This document shows, piece by piece, positions 9,660-18,570 of a stretch of 64,000 nt of DNA. The notes under the pieces were generated by a model. That model did no database searches, had not been told where the DNA came from, and was given only the letters and a program-made list of their open reading frames with translations. The translations under genes and the position numbers were made by a program. The DNA is from a phage. The first letter of the stretch is position 1, and each line of letters opens with the position of its first letter. The stretch lies in the sequence record PZ338878.1, one strand, 5' to 3'.

Positions 9660-9865
9660 TACACATTCTCCTCTTTTACCAATTCCATCGTTGAACTATC
9701 AAAACCATCTTTAGAAGAATAGGTATAGACAGAACGTAGTTCTCGCAGGACAGTAAATACATTAGGATCATCTAACCAAGCATCCTGGAGGAGAACATAA
9801 CGATCTTCATTGTCATACTGGACAGCAATCATAGAACCAGACAGTTTGTAAATTTTAATATTCAT
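9659..9865 (-). CDS. hypothetical protein (68 aa)
   Basis: Track ORF 9659..9892 trimmed in frame to ATG at 9865, preceded by AAGGAG. Confidence 0.4.
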   Translation of the reverse strand: MNIKIYKLSGSMIAVQYDNEDRYVLLQDAWLDDPNVFTVLRELRSVYTYSSKDGFDSSTMELVKEENV

Positions 9866-9878
9866 AATATATTTCTCC

Positions 9879-10982
9879 TTAAAGTAGACCACGTTTAACA
9901 GTTTGAATCATACCATCTTCAAGAGATTGCACTTCTTGAATGTAATCAATACGAGCAGCACGGGCTTCAGTGTTGATTCGGTTAGTTTCTTCCAACATTT
10001 TAACTAAGTTTTCTTGATCGCGACGTAATGTTTCAATATCCAATACTTGACGATTAGCAAGTTGCGTAGCTTCAATTTGGTTTTGTGCAGCCAGATCACT
10101 ACCCATTGCAATAGCAGCATTAAATTCATTCAGTACATTGTTCTGTGTATCGGCTGCTTTCTTCTGGCGTAGACTTTCAATATACATAGAAAAGTTTGCA
10201 GAGTAAGCAGGAATAACATTATTCACAATATTACGGGCTGATCGCATCAAACTTGCAGATACTTTCTGCATACTTTGTACACGTGGCCCCATCTGAACAC
10301 ACAGTAAACGCAAGGCTTTCAGGTCTGCAATACGAATTTCAAGCAGATCCATAGTATCACGAGTACGTTGACGCTCTTCTACTTCATTTTCAGGTAGTGT
10401 ATTAAGGCGAACTTCTTCTTTTTCATAAGTAGCTGTTAGAAGCTCTATATCCCTGTTTAAGCTAAGAGCATATTTTGCAATAGCCTCTTCTAAACGTTGC
10501 AGATATCGTAAAGAATCTTCTTCTTTTTTCAAGTCTGTTTGGAGTGTCTTTACCAAACCTTCAATACGATTATTGATGGTGTCAAATTCACCAAACAAAT
10601 CTTCTTTCATACCTAATACTTTCTTAACTAGTTTACCTAAGCCTTTAGATTGTTTAATAGAATTAGGATCAAGTTGCTTTGCTTGCTTAATAAGTGCAGT
10701 TAAACGCTCACTCATTTCATCTCCCTGAGATGAACGCTGGTGTTTAAGCACTTCCGCATTAAGGTTACGAAGAGTAAGTCCTGCATCAGCACCAACCTGT
10801 TCAATCTCTTCACGAGACATTGGAGGCAGCATTTGTACAGGTCGTGCAACAGCAGGGGCATATACAGGGCTTGCATCCATAGCAGTTGGAGCAAACAAAG
10901 ACTTACTTTTTTCTGTTGTTGCCGTGAATACACTCATTTCAGACGGTTTGCTTTTTACGGCACTGATAAAAGGACTGGACAT
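9879..10982 (-). CDS. TelA-like protein (toxic-anion-resistance / KlaA family)
   Basis: 367 aa; long helical coiled-coil body and N-terminal region resembling TelA; call rests on overall pattern rather than one motif; SD GGAGGA. Confidence 0.5.
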   Translation of the reverse strand: MSSPFISAVKSKPSEMSVFTATTEKSKSLFAPTAMDASPVYAPAVARPVQMLPPMSREEIEQVGADAGLTLRNLNAEVLKHQRSSQGDEMSERLTALIKQAKQLDPNSIKQSKGLGKLVKKVLGMKEDLFGEFDTINNRIEGLVKTLQTDLKKEEDSLRYLQRLEEAIAKYALSLNRDIELLTATYEKEEVRLNTLPENEVEERQRTRDTMDLLEIRIADLKALRLLCVQMGPRVQSMQKVSASLMRSARNIVNNVIPAYSANFSMYIESLRQKKAADTQNNVLNEFNAAIAMGSDLAAQNQIEATQLANRQVLDIETLRRDQENLVKMLEETNRINTEARAARIDYIQEVQSLEDGMIQTVKRGLL

Positions 10983-11050
10983 TCAATTTCCTCCATATTC
11001 TTTAGTAGATGGTGATACCTCTGTACCACCATCATAACACAAATTAAGTA

Positions 11051-11902
11051 TTAAACAAACATATCTAAATAATTTGTAGTAATAAATGCTCCATCTGCTT
11101 CCAGATTAACATAACCAGTAGCATTAGTGGTTAAGAAATCCAGATCGAAGGACTCTTTAACACCCCGTACCTCAACACGAGAGATATCGAATACAGGTAG
11201 TGTAACAGCCTCTTCGTGCAATACCGTACCTTTGTAGGTTGCCTTAATGATAAACTTGATATTACCCGTTCCCGCATCATACAAAACACTTTCAAAGCCT
11301 TTGAGAGTATACTTATCACCAGAGGTGAAGTGCAAAGTTGCTTTGTTTACAGTACGTTTTTTACGAGGAGTTCCTTTCACACGTTTATGATCACTACGTT
11401 TTTTGTATTTAGGAATGAATACAAACGATACACTCTCAAGAAAAGTATCAACATCAAGGATTTTAATATCCTCTGTTGCAGCAAATTTTGAAGTCGTTGC
11501 ATCAAAATGCTTTGCTCTGCGATCATACATAAAGATATCAAACCGATCTTCTAAATCAAACAAATTGTGTATCTTAATTTCAGAATGCTTGCACATTGCA
11601 GCAACCTTAAACTCTTCAAAACGTGGGTGTTCTACAAGCTCTTCAAGTTTTACACCAAAGACAGTATATTGTTTCGAAGTTTTTTCTGGCGTTGGCATTA
11701 CAGAAGCATAATCACCGATTGCGCTTTTAAAGCAAAATTGTTCTTGACCTGTATTTTTACCAACGAATTTACAGTATTCGTCATCGTGCATACTTTCTTT
11801 GGTAGTACCAACAAACTCAAAACCATCTTTATTCTTCTCAAGAATTTCTTGATTAAAGATCCAACCTTCCAGGCGATACACTTTACCAACTTCTAGTTTC
11901 AT
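11051..11902 (-). CDS. hypothetical protein (283 aa)
   Basis: ORF track; no motif. Confidence 0.4.
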   Translation of the reverse strand: MKLEVGKVYRLEGWIFNQEILEKNKDGFEFVGTTKESMHDDEYCKFVGKNTGQEQFCFKSAIGDYASVMPTPEKTSKQYTVFGVKLEELVEHPRFEEFKVAAMCKHSEIKIHNLFDLEDRFDIFMYDRRAKHFDATTSKFAATEDIKILDVDTFLESVSFVFIPKYKKRSDHKRVKGTPRKKRTVNKATLHFTSGDKYTLKGFESVLYDAGTGNIKFIIKATYKGTVLHEEAVTLPVFDISRVEVRGVKESFDLDFLTTNATGYVNLEADGAFITTNYLDMFV

Positions 11903-11937
11903 CTGTTTCTCCTTCTTATTTAATCTGTATTAAATTA

Positions 11938-12528
11938 TTAACGACGACGTGAGCTACTAAAACTACGTTTCGACGAAGAATAACTTTTCGAAGACTTACT
12001 ATAAGAGCTAATAGGGCTTGAGTAAGACTTACGAGCAGAGTAATCACTATTCACTTTTGTTGTTGATGGGCGTGAATACGTTTGTACACTTTGCTGCTTA
12101 ATTGTGTTTTGTTTAGTTGTTGTATATGTATTCCCTTGTTTATCATAAAAACTATGCTTTTGTGTTGTATATGATTTACTGTTAGTTGTAGGAGCAGCGT
12201 TGTTATTAATAATTGTTGTATTGCTACCGCCATCTCTATAACCACCACCGCCACTATTACCACTCAACATATGACCAAGAAGCATACCTGTAGCAAATTC
12301 ACCTACACCAGAAGAACCACTGCCGCCTCCTTGCACAACAACTGTTGAAGGCTGTGCAGGTGCTGCTTGAACAACTTGAGGTGCAGGTTGATTTACATAT
12401 TGTTCATCTACCATCTGATTTGGTGTCTGTTGGTAACGTTGGTTTTGTACATTTTCAGAATCATCACAACCTACCAGCAATGCACTACCTAAAACAACTG
12501 CAACAATAAAAGATTTAATGTTTTTCAT
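11938..12528 (-). CDS. lipoprotein with glycine zipper and low-complexity Ser/Tyr/Lys tail
   Basis: Trimmed in frame to ATG 12528 (MKNIKSF, AGAGGG upstream); lipobox LLVGC; GGGSGSSGVGEFATGMLLGHMLSG. Confidence 0.5.
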   Translation of the reverse strand: MKNIKSFIVAVVLGSALLVGCDDSENVQNQRYQQTPNQMVDEQYVNQPAPQVVQAAPAQPSTVVVQGGGSGSSGVGEFATGMLLGHMLSGNSGGGGYRDGGSNTTIINNNAAPTTNSKSYTTQKHSFYDKQGNTYTTTKQNTIKQQSVQTYSRPSTTKVNSDYSARKSYSSPISSYSKSSKSYSSSKRSFSSSRRR

Positions 12529-12721
12529 TTGTAACCCTCTCATTTAAAGTCTCGACACAATTTTTAAAATCTCTAGAGAAACAATACATCTGTTCTCCGT
12601 TCCTGTTGATAGTAATTGTATGGTTATCAACATATGTTGTCAAGATAAAAATCAAACAAAATAACCCTAAAGCAAAACAAATATTTTCAAACAGAATCCA
12701 AAGAACACGTAAAACCACCAT
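12515..12721 (-). CDS. small hydrophobic protein (68 aa)
   Basis: ORF track; predicted TM segment; weak. Confidence 0.3.
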   Translation of the reverse strand: MVVLRVLWILFENICFALGLFCLIFILTTYVDNHTITINRNGEQMYCFSRDFKNCVETLNERVTNEKH

Positions 12722-12730
12722 CAGATCACC

Positions 12731-12754
12731 TCAATAAAGCCCCCGAAGGGGCTT
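12731..12754 (-). terminator. putative intrinsic terminator after TerC gene
   Basis: GC hairpin aagcccc-cgaa-ggggctt followed by a short U-rich tract on the minus strand. Confidence 0.35.
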
Positions 12755-12760
12755 AATAAA

Positions 12761-13738
12761 TTAAGCAACAGACTGGTCTTCTTTTTCAGGGAAGATTAAA
12801 CTTGCAATAACACCCAGCCCCAGAGTACCTAACACAATATACATACTGATCGTCGGATCAATGTGTGCTGGCAGGAAACTCACTTTTGCGTGCAGAGTTT
12901 CTGCAAACGGGTGATACATCAGTTTTACACCCACAAATACCAGGACTACGATAACTGCTTTCTCCAGATGAACCAAATATTTCAGTGCAACACTAAGGAC
13001 AAAGAACAGAGCACGCAGACCTAAAATTGCACACAGCATTGAAGAAAATACAAGCAGAGGTTCTTGTGTCACTGCAATTACTGCTGGAACAGAGTCTACT
13101 GCAAAAATTACGTCAACCATTTCCATTACAAATACACAAACCAATGCAGGAGTTGCTACACGAACACCATTTTTGATTGTGAAGAACTTCTCACCATCCA
13201 TCTGATCAGATACAGGGAACAGCTTACGAACAATGCGAGTAGCCCAGTGCTTAGAGTAATCAACTTCTGCGTCATTATCTCCAGCAAATACCATTTTAGC
13301 TGCACAGAAAAGGATGACCGCACCGAAGAAGATATTAACATACCAACCCAAACTCAACAAGTAAGTGCCTACTGCTACAAACACACCTCGGAAGACAATC
13401 GCACCTGCAATACCCCAAAGTAGAATCTTGTGTTGCAAGTGTGTGCTTTTAATACCAAAACTTGCGAATACTGCCACAAATACTACTAAGTTATCTACAG
13501 AAAGAGATTTCTCCAACACATACCCACTCAAAAACAAGCTCGCAAAATCAGCACCGTGTTGGAAGTATACAAAACCATAGTAGGCTAACGATACCCCAAT
13601 CCAGAAAATTGACCAGCCAATTGCAGATTTAAATGAAATTTCTTTGTTTTCTCTGTGTCCAAAGAAATCAATACAAATCGACAAGACTAAAATACCCACT
13701 AAAACAACCACATCAATAATTGGGAAACCCAGTTGCAT
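12761..13738 (-). CDS. TerC-family integral membrane protein
   Basis: 325 aa, multi-pass hydrophobic; YVLEKSLSVDNLVVFVAVF is the TerC signature; SD AGAGGAG. Confidence 0.8.
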   Translation of the reverse strand: MQLGFPIIDVVVLVGILVLSICIDFFGHRENKEISFKSAIGWSIFWIGVSLAYYGFVYFQHGADFASLFLSGYVLEKSLSVDNLVVFVAVFASFGIKSTHLQHKILLWGIAGAIVFRGVFVAVGTYLLSLGWYVNIFFGAVILFCAAKMVFAGDNDAEVDYSKHWATRIVRKLFPVSDQMDGEKFFTIKNGVRVATPALVCVFVMEMVDVIFAVDSVPAVIAVTQEPLLVFSSMLCAILGLRALFFVLSVALKYLVHLEKAVIVVLVFVGVKLMYHPFAETLHAKVSFLPAHIDPTISMYIVLGTLGLGVIASLIFPEKEDQSVA

Positions 13739-13757
13739 TCTTTTCTCCTCTTTAATG

Positions 13758-13776
13758 CGGAGGACAATCCTCCGCT
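13758..13776 (-). promoter_or_regulatory. stem-loop in 5-prime UTR of TerC gene
   Basis: gcggagg-acaat-cctccgc perfect 7-bp stem, about 15 nt upstream of the TerC SD. Confidence 0.35.
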
Positions 13777-13815
13777 CTATGTCGTATACTATAAACTGTT
13801 TTTAAAGAAAGTCAA

Positions 13816-14064
13816 CTAGTTCAGTTCTGTAATTTTAAGTTTATCTTCTTTGTTAATGATAGGGAAAGCTACAGCATCACCTACATCATCAATAAAGCAA
13901 ACAGCAAGACCACCTTCCACTTTGCTAACCTGACCATTAAAGGCGTGATACGGGGCAGGAACAATATCTCCATCTTCAAGGAGAATAGCCTCATAAACCT
14001 TACCAATAGTACAATCACGAGTGTTTTTAAATTTTTCAAGCACTTCAACATTTACTTTACGCAT
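13816..14064 (-). CDS. hypothetical protein (82 aa)
   Basis: ORF track; no motif. Confidence 0.4.
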   Translation of the reverse strand: MRKVNVEVLEKFKNTRDCTIGKVYEAILLEDGDIVPAPYHAFNGQVSKVEGGLAVCFIDDVGDAVAFPIINKEDKLKITELN

Positions 14065-14078
14065 ATAAAGATCCTCTC

Positions 14079-14285
14079 TTATTTGTTAGATTGAAAGATA
14101 CCACGAAGTACCGCAAGAATGAACGTCACACAGACTACACTCCAAAACGTTACAGGAACATGATGCCAGTCTAAGCCGATAATGTCAATCATATAGTTGT
14201 ATGCTAAAAGCAGTAGCCAACTAGGGATTAACACAATCAAGAACACAACAATAAAACAACCTAATACTGCTAAAACACCTGCCAT
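14079..14285 (-). CDS. small membrane protein (68 aa)
   Basis: ORF track; two hydrophobic segments. Confidence 0.4.
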   Translation of the reverse strand: MAGVLAVLGCFIVVFLIVLIPSWLLLLAYNYMIDIIGLDWHHVPVTFWSVVCVTFILAVLRGIFQSNK

Positions 14286-14294
14286 ACTTTCTCC

Positions 14295-15011
14295 TTATTT
14301 CAGTTTGTAAACAATTACATTTAAACCTTTGTTCACTAGAGTTTCTTCGATCATAAGTTTTACAATATTCCAAGAACCTCCAGCCAAACCACAACCAAGC
14401 ATTGGTAAACCTACAATTTTACCGCCTGAAGATACAACATCGTCTCCCATACTATCTAACGCATTGTAGATAGCTTCATAATTCAGGTCACGCTTACCTT
14501 CCTCACGACGACTATAACCATATTGTCCATATAAATTATAAATTGTCAAATTGTTTTCTGTATACTTAGTAAACGTACCTAATTTTTTATAATCACCACG
14601 TTTAGTGGCACAATCTGCTTTAAACGCACCAGGCCACTTGCTTTTAATTTTTGGTGCAATACCACTACCCATAGTGCAAAAACAGTTACAGCAGTGTGCT
14701 ATAGCGTCTATATCGCCTCTCTCTGCTGCTGCTAAAAGATCACCGTATACCTCAATGATACCTGGTGGATAACTTGTTACAATTTCATCTTCCCAGTACA
14801 TTTGCTCTACACCACCGATCAGTGCAAAGTTTTGTGTGATGCGATCATCAATATAATTAAGACCTGAAACATACACAGCATATTCATCCTGTGCTGTAAT
14901 GCCTTGTACACGAATTCTTAAGACACCATCTTTATCTGTTGCTACACGCCCAAAATCTTTTTCTGTAATATTGGTGATAGGATCTCCGAAAGTCGTCACT
15001 TTATTAGACAT
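14295..15011 (-). CDS. macro-domain protein, TARG1/DarG-like (putative ADP-ribose hydrolase)
   Basis: Track TTG start replaced by in-frame ATG 15011 (AAGGGG upstream); AIAHCCNCFCTMGSGIAPKIKSKW and GLPMLGCGLAGGSWNIVKLMIEE parallel the TARG1 motifs as recalled (HC...C.MG.GIA and IGCGL...W..V); about 100-aa N-terminal extension of unknown function. Confidence 0.55.
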   Translation of the reverse strand: MSNKVTTFGDPITNITEKDFGRVATDKDGVLRIRVQGITAQDEYAVYVSGLNYIDDRITQNFALIGGVEQMYWEDEIVTSYPPGIIEVYGDLLAAAERGDIDAIAHCCNCFCTMGSGIAPKIKSKWPGAFKADCATKRGDYKKLGTFTKYTENNLTIYNLYGQYGYSRREEGKRDLNYEAIYNALDSMGDDVVSSGGKIVGLPMLGCGLAGGSWNIVKLMIEETLVNKGLNVIVYKLK

Positions 15012-15073
15012 AATAATCCCCTTTAACATTAGATTTGTTGATAATGTTGCTTTCAAAAAATTGACGCAGGAAA

Positions 15074-15862
15074 TCAAAGTTCTCTTTGTATTTTTTCAAT
15101 ATTATTGTAACCTTCTGCAAGGCAACCAAAGAACAGTTGTTCTACATAATACAAAGGAAGTTGTGAAAGTGCAATTTTAAAATCAACTTCGCTTTGACTC
15201 ATTAGATACTTAATAGGACGAACCAAACATTTAGCATCAGTTTCTTGCTTAATCATTTTAATAAAAGCTGCCAAGTTATTGATATAGTTGAAGTTAAGTG
15301 CAGCTTCGGTGTTGGCTTCTGTACCTTCATACTTTGCAAAGTACAGGAAAAACGTATCGTTTTCAACACCTTCTTTGTCTAAAATTTCAATAAGTTTTTC
15401 TTCGTGTGTTCCTGTAATATTAACATCATCAATGAAAATCAGAGTTTTATTACCCCAGAAATCACGATTGATAGAGAAAGTGTCACCATCGATCAAAGCC
15501 TTACGATCTTCTTTGCTAAGAAATCCATAATCATTGATATAACTCACTTTACGATGAACGATATCCCACTCTACTGCTTTACCTCCTTTGATAGAGATTA
15601 GGTAGTTGAGGTGATCTACAAAATGCTCAGATAACACTGTAGCTGCATTTTTCACATAGTTATATGGAGATGGAATAACAACAAAACTTTCATTTGCCAG
15701 TCGTTCTTCATACTTAGAAAAGAAACTTTCAGCCAAAATGCGCCCCATTCTTTTTGCTGCCTGGTTACTACCAAACTTTAGTTTGGAATAATCTGCAATA
15801 TTAAATTTTGCTTCCTTCAGGTTAGTAAAAGTATTAGCAAAATGTTGAATTTGATTACGCAT
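15074..15862 (-). CDS. phosphoribosyltransferase (type I PRTase) domain protein
   Basis: 262 aa; TLIFIDDVNITGTHEEKL is the PRPP-binding signature; SD AGAGGAA. Confidence 0.55.
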   Translation of the reverse strand: MRNQIQHFANTFTNLKEAKFNIADYSKLKFGSNQAAKRMGRILAESFFSKYEERLANESFVVIPSPYNYVKNAATVLSEHFVDHLNYLISIKGGKAVEWDIVHRKVSYINDYGFLSKEDRKALIDGDTFSINRDFWGNKTLIFIDDVNITGTHEEKLIEILDKEGVENDTFFLYFAKYEGTEANTEAALNFNYINNLAAFIKMIKQETDAKCLVRPIKYLMSQSEVDFKIALSQLPLYYVEQLFFGCLAEGYNNIEKIQREL

Positions 15863-16511
15863 TAATAAGTTCCTCTTTTTTAAGTTTAGCCAACAAGTCT
15901 TCTGGATTAATAATATGACAGAACTTCATCCCTATGTCAACAGCTTTTCCATCATAAATCAAACTATCTCCAACGTGTAAAATCTCCTCTGGTGCGAGAT
16001 CAAACGTTACCATTTCATCAAAAGAGAGTTTAAAAAACCTAGGATCTGGTTTACACAAGCAAAACTCATCAGAAAAATGCATAAAGTCAAATGGTAATTT
16101 TGTTAAGCCAGAATATACAGCTAAGAAACTACCTGGTACAAAATTAGTATTGCTCTTAATACTCAAAGAATAGATTGAACTCAGCTCTTCCAATTTCTTG
16201 CAAAGCTCAGGGTTCAATATTGGAGGATGTTTTATAAACATTGCTAAACAGTCTCTTTTTAACCCATCCACTTTATCAAGATCAATGTTCAAACGAGTAG
16301 AAAGTGTTTCCCAAGCATTCCTAGACGTTCCACAAATGCCTTTTTCTGCTTTTAAATCCAGGAGAGTTTTTACCTCTTTATATACGGTAGCTGCTTCTGC
16401 CTCAGAACAAGAGGCATACTCGGCAATAACCTTGTTGCGTTCTTCTGCATACAAAGGATTAGCAGTAATAAGAGTATTCCATACATCAAAAGAAATATGC
16501 TTAACAGTCAT
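15855..16511 (-). CDS. HAD-superfamily hydrolase (haloacid dehalogenase-like)
   Basis: Trimmed in frame to ATG 16511 (MTVKH, GGAGGA upstream); motif I ISFDVWNTL near the N-terminus, C-terminal GDSLIYDGKAVD. Confidence 0.5.
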   Translation of the reverse strand: MTVKHISFDVWNTLITANPLYAEERNKVIAEYASCSEAEAATVYKEVKTLLDLKAEKGICGTSRNAWETLSTRLNIDLDKVDGLKRDCLAMFIKHPPILNPELCKKLEELSSIYSLSIKSNTNFVPGSFLAVYSGLTKLPFDFMHFSDEFCLCKPDPRFFKLSFDEMVTFDLAPEEILHVGDSLIYDGKAVDIGMKFCHIINPEDLLAKLKKEELINA

Positions 16512-16513
16512 TT

Positions 16514-16669
16514 TTAATCCTCCGTCCAAAAGAATATCATCTGCTTAATTTTATTGATCTCTTGATGTAGTAACTTTCCAGCATGTGATTGATCTTTAAT
16601 ATTGACAGCAAGAATTTCAAGCTCCGTTAGTTTTTCCTGAATAGCTTTATATTCATCATCTGTAAGCAT
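16514..16669 (-). CDS. hypothetical small protein (51 aa)
   Basis: Manual translation MLTDDEYKAIQEKLTELEILAVNIKDQ...; AGGGGAAG upstream; its stop overlaps the SD of the HAD gene. Confidence 0.3.
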   Translation of the reverse strand: MLTDDEYKAIQEKLTELEILAVNIKDQSHAGKLLHQEINKIKQMIFFWTED

Positions 16670-16680
16670 TTTCTTCCCCT

Positions 16681-16872
16681 TTAGAATGGTAATCTTTGTA
16701 TGTCACTTATCCCCACACCCAGAAGTCTAGCAATATCCTTATCTAAAAGCAACTCTTTTTGTTCTAAAATGTTAATCAAATCTCCTAATACTTCTTTAAT
16801 GTCACGATCATTTTTAGCAACGTGACCACCTGCGGTATCAACTTTATCTTTAAAAACAAAATAATGATCCAT
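16681..16872 (-). CDS. hypothetical protein (63 aa), possible helix-turn-helix
   Basis: Trimmed to ATG 16872 (MDHYF, GGAGGG upstream); the first track ATG sits immediately after a terminator. Confidence 0.35.
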   Translation of the reverse strand: MDHYFVFKDKVDTAGGHVAKNDRDIKEVLGDLINILEQKELLLDKDIARLLGVGISDIQRLPF

Positions 16873-16884
16873 AATACCCTCCAT

Positions 16885-16909
16885 ATAAATAAAGGAGGCT
16901 TTCGCCTCC
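16885..16909 (-). terminator. intrinsic terminator after ATPase gene
   Basis: ggaggc-tttc-gcctcc hairpin followed by UUUAUUU on the minus strand. Confidence 0.55.
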
Positions 16910-16918
16910 TTTTATCAC

Positions 16919-18079
16919 TTAGTAAGAACGACCACCAAACACATACTCTGTGTAGTTTTTACGTTCTTTGTTTTTAATAACAACTTCAATGTTGTTACCT
17001 TTATCATCGGTGAACATAAAGTGATAACCGTCACCACCCATTGTACGAATGTGTTTTTCATCATACGTTAGCAAGATACGGTCTACACCCCAGTAGTAGT
17101 CACCTTCTTCATCTTTATCTTCTACGGTAACAATCCCTTCCATTTCAGGAAGATGCTCTTCTCCTGACTTATGATCTACAGCTACAACATAACGATTACC
17201 GCTAAACAAACCTTGTGCTGTCATACCGTCAATATCGGTATCTGACGAAACATCTGCTGTACGATCTACACCATTAACTTTCAGAAGTTTAACTTCTTTT
17301 GCAGCATAGCGGTGTTCAGTAATACTGATACCCATTAATGCAAGTGCATCAGAGAATTTGTCATTAGGATAACGGTTAAGTTCTTCTACTAATGATTGAA
17401 CAATATCAAAGTTCAAATCCACGGAGAGATTATAAAGCGTTTCAAAATCTGGTAAGAAGGCTTTGTTCTCCAGATTTTTAGCCAGATAATCATCCATAGT
17501 AGCTTTAGGTAGTTTCTTATAGCTAAAACTGTAGAAAATACGGCTAGGACGATTACGCAAAAATTCTGATACATAACCATCATTTTTAGTCAATACAAAC
17601 AGCTTGTCATAACCACCAACACCATCCAGCAGGGTAAGCAAACCATCTTGTGCATCTTTTTCAGCATACAGTTTATCAAATTCATCGATCATAATCATCA
17701 CAGGTTGTGTGATTTTAGACATAAAGTTGATAAAGCCTTCACCATTAAAAGCACTACCGATAGAAATAGTAGGAATACCCATTTCACGAAGAGCAGAAGA
17801 CAGCATTTTAGCTTGCAAAGTTTTACCGCTACCTTTCGTACCCTCAAGGAGAACACCTGTGTTTTTACCTTTGCGGCTAAGGAACGTCTTGATAATACGT
17901 TCTGATTTATCATCAGTATCACCGTATGTTACTGAAGGTACTTCCATATCATTTTTAGGATACAGGAAGAACTCACCACTTTGAGTAACACCTACACCAA
18001 AAGTTCCTGCTGGAATTTCTTCAATATCTGTACCAGACTTCTGACGCAGGAAGATTTGATTGCCGAATACTGTAAACAT
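16919..18079 (-). CDS. P-loop ATPase (AAA-like), paralog of 33096..34223
   Basis: 386 aa; Walker A GTKGSGKT, Walker B VMIMIDEFDK, LLTLLDG; roughly half the residues identical to the plus-strand paralog over the first 250 aa (by eye). Confidence 0.6.
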   Translation of the reverse strand: MFTVFGNQIFLRQKSGTDIEEIPAGTFGVGVTQSGEFFLYPKNDMEVPSVTYGDTDDKSERIIKTFLSRKGKNTGVLLEGTKGSGKTLQAKMLSSALREMGIPTISIGSAFNGEGFINFMSKITQPVMIMIDEFDKLYAEKDAQDGLLTLLDGVGGYDKLFVLTKNDGYVSEFLRNRPSRIFYSFSYKKLPKATMDDYLAKNLENKAFLPDFETLYNLSVDLNFDIVQSLVEELNRYPNDKFSDALALMGISITEHRYAAKEVKLLKVNGVDRTADVSSDTDIDGMTAQGLFSGNRYVVAVDHKSGEEHLPEMEGIVTVEDKDEEGDYYWGVDRILLTYDEKHIRTMGGDGYHFMFTDDKGNNIEVVIKNKERKNYTEYVFGGRSY

Positions 18080-18099
18080 AGTTTTCTCCTCTATTTAAT

Positions 18100-18570
18100 T
18101 TAGTCAGATTCCCAAATGTTGTCTTTCTTAACCCACATTCGTTGATTATCTGAACCTCTATAACGTTTCGTTGTTGGTTGATTCATATCATACTTACCAT
18201 CTATCACTATGTCAACCAGTTTTTTAATTTTTTCTGGAATTTCTTCAAAAAGATATCCTGTATATAAGACAATATCTTTTTTGTTTCCAAAACAATCTCT
18301 TACCTTCTCAAGAACATACTCTACAGTGTCAATGTTCTCTTTGTCAAGAGGTTCACCACCTAAAACTGTTAATCCTTTAATGAAAGGTCGAGATAAATCT
18401 TCCAAGATAAGATCTAATGTTTCAACAGTGAACTCTTGTCCGTAATTATACGACCAGGCTTTCTGGTTAAAGCAGCCACGGCAACCGTGGCTACAACCGC
18501 TCACCCACAAAGAGCATCTTACACCGTCACCGTTGAGCATGTCAACAGGTTCATATCCGGCGTAATTCAA
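18100..18570 (-). CDS. nrdG: anaerobic ribonucleotide reductase activating protein (radical SAM)
   Basis: 156 aa; CSHGCRGC is a CxxxCxxC cluster; 4-nt overlap with nrdD. Confidence 0.85.
   Translation of the reverse strand: MNYAGYEPVDMLNGDGVRCSLWVSGCSHGCRGCFNQKAWSYNYGQEFTVETLDLILEDLSRPFIKGLTVLGGEPLDKENIDTVEYVLEKVRDCFGNKKDIVLYTGYLFEEIPEKIKKLVDIVIDGKYDMNQPTTKRYRGSDNQRMWVKKDNIWESD

Noticed and set aside
1705-16529. ORF-track N-terminal extensions (for example 3943, 15077, 16529, 20396, 25515, 27998)
   Set aside because: The track uses the first ATG/GTG/TTG after a stop; in these cases an internal ATG has a clear SD and abuts the upstream stop, or the longer version would cross a terminator or promoter. 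Trimmed starts were verified to be in frame with the track ORF.
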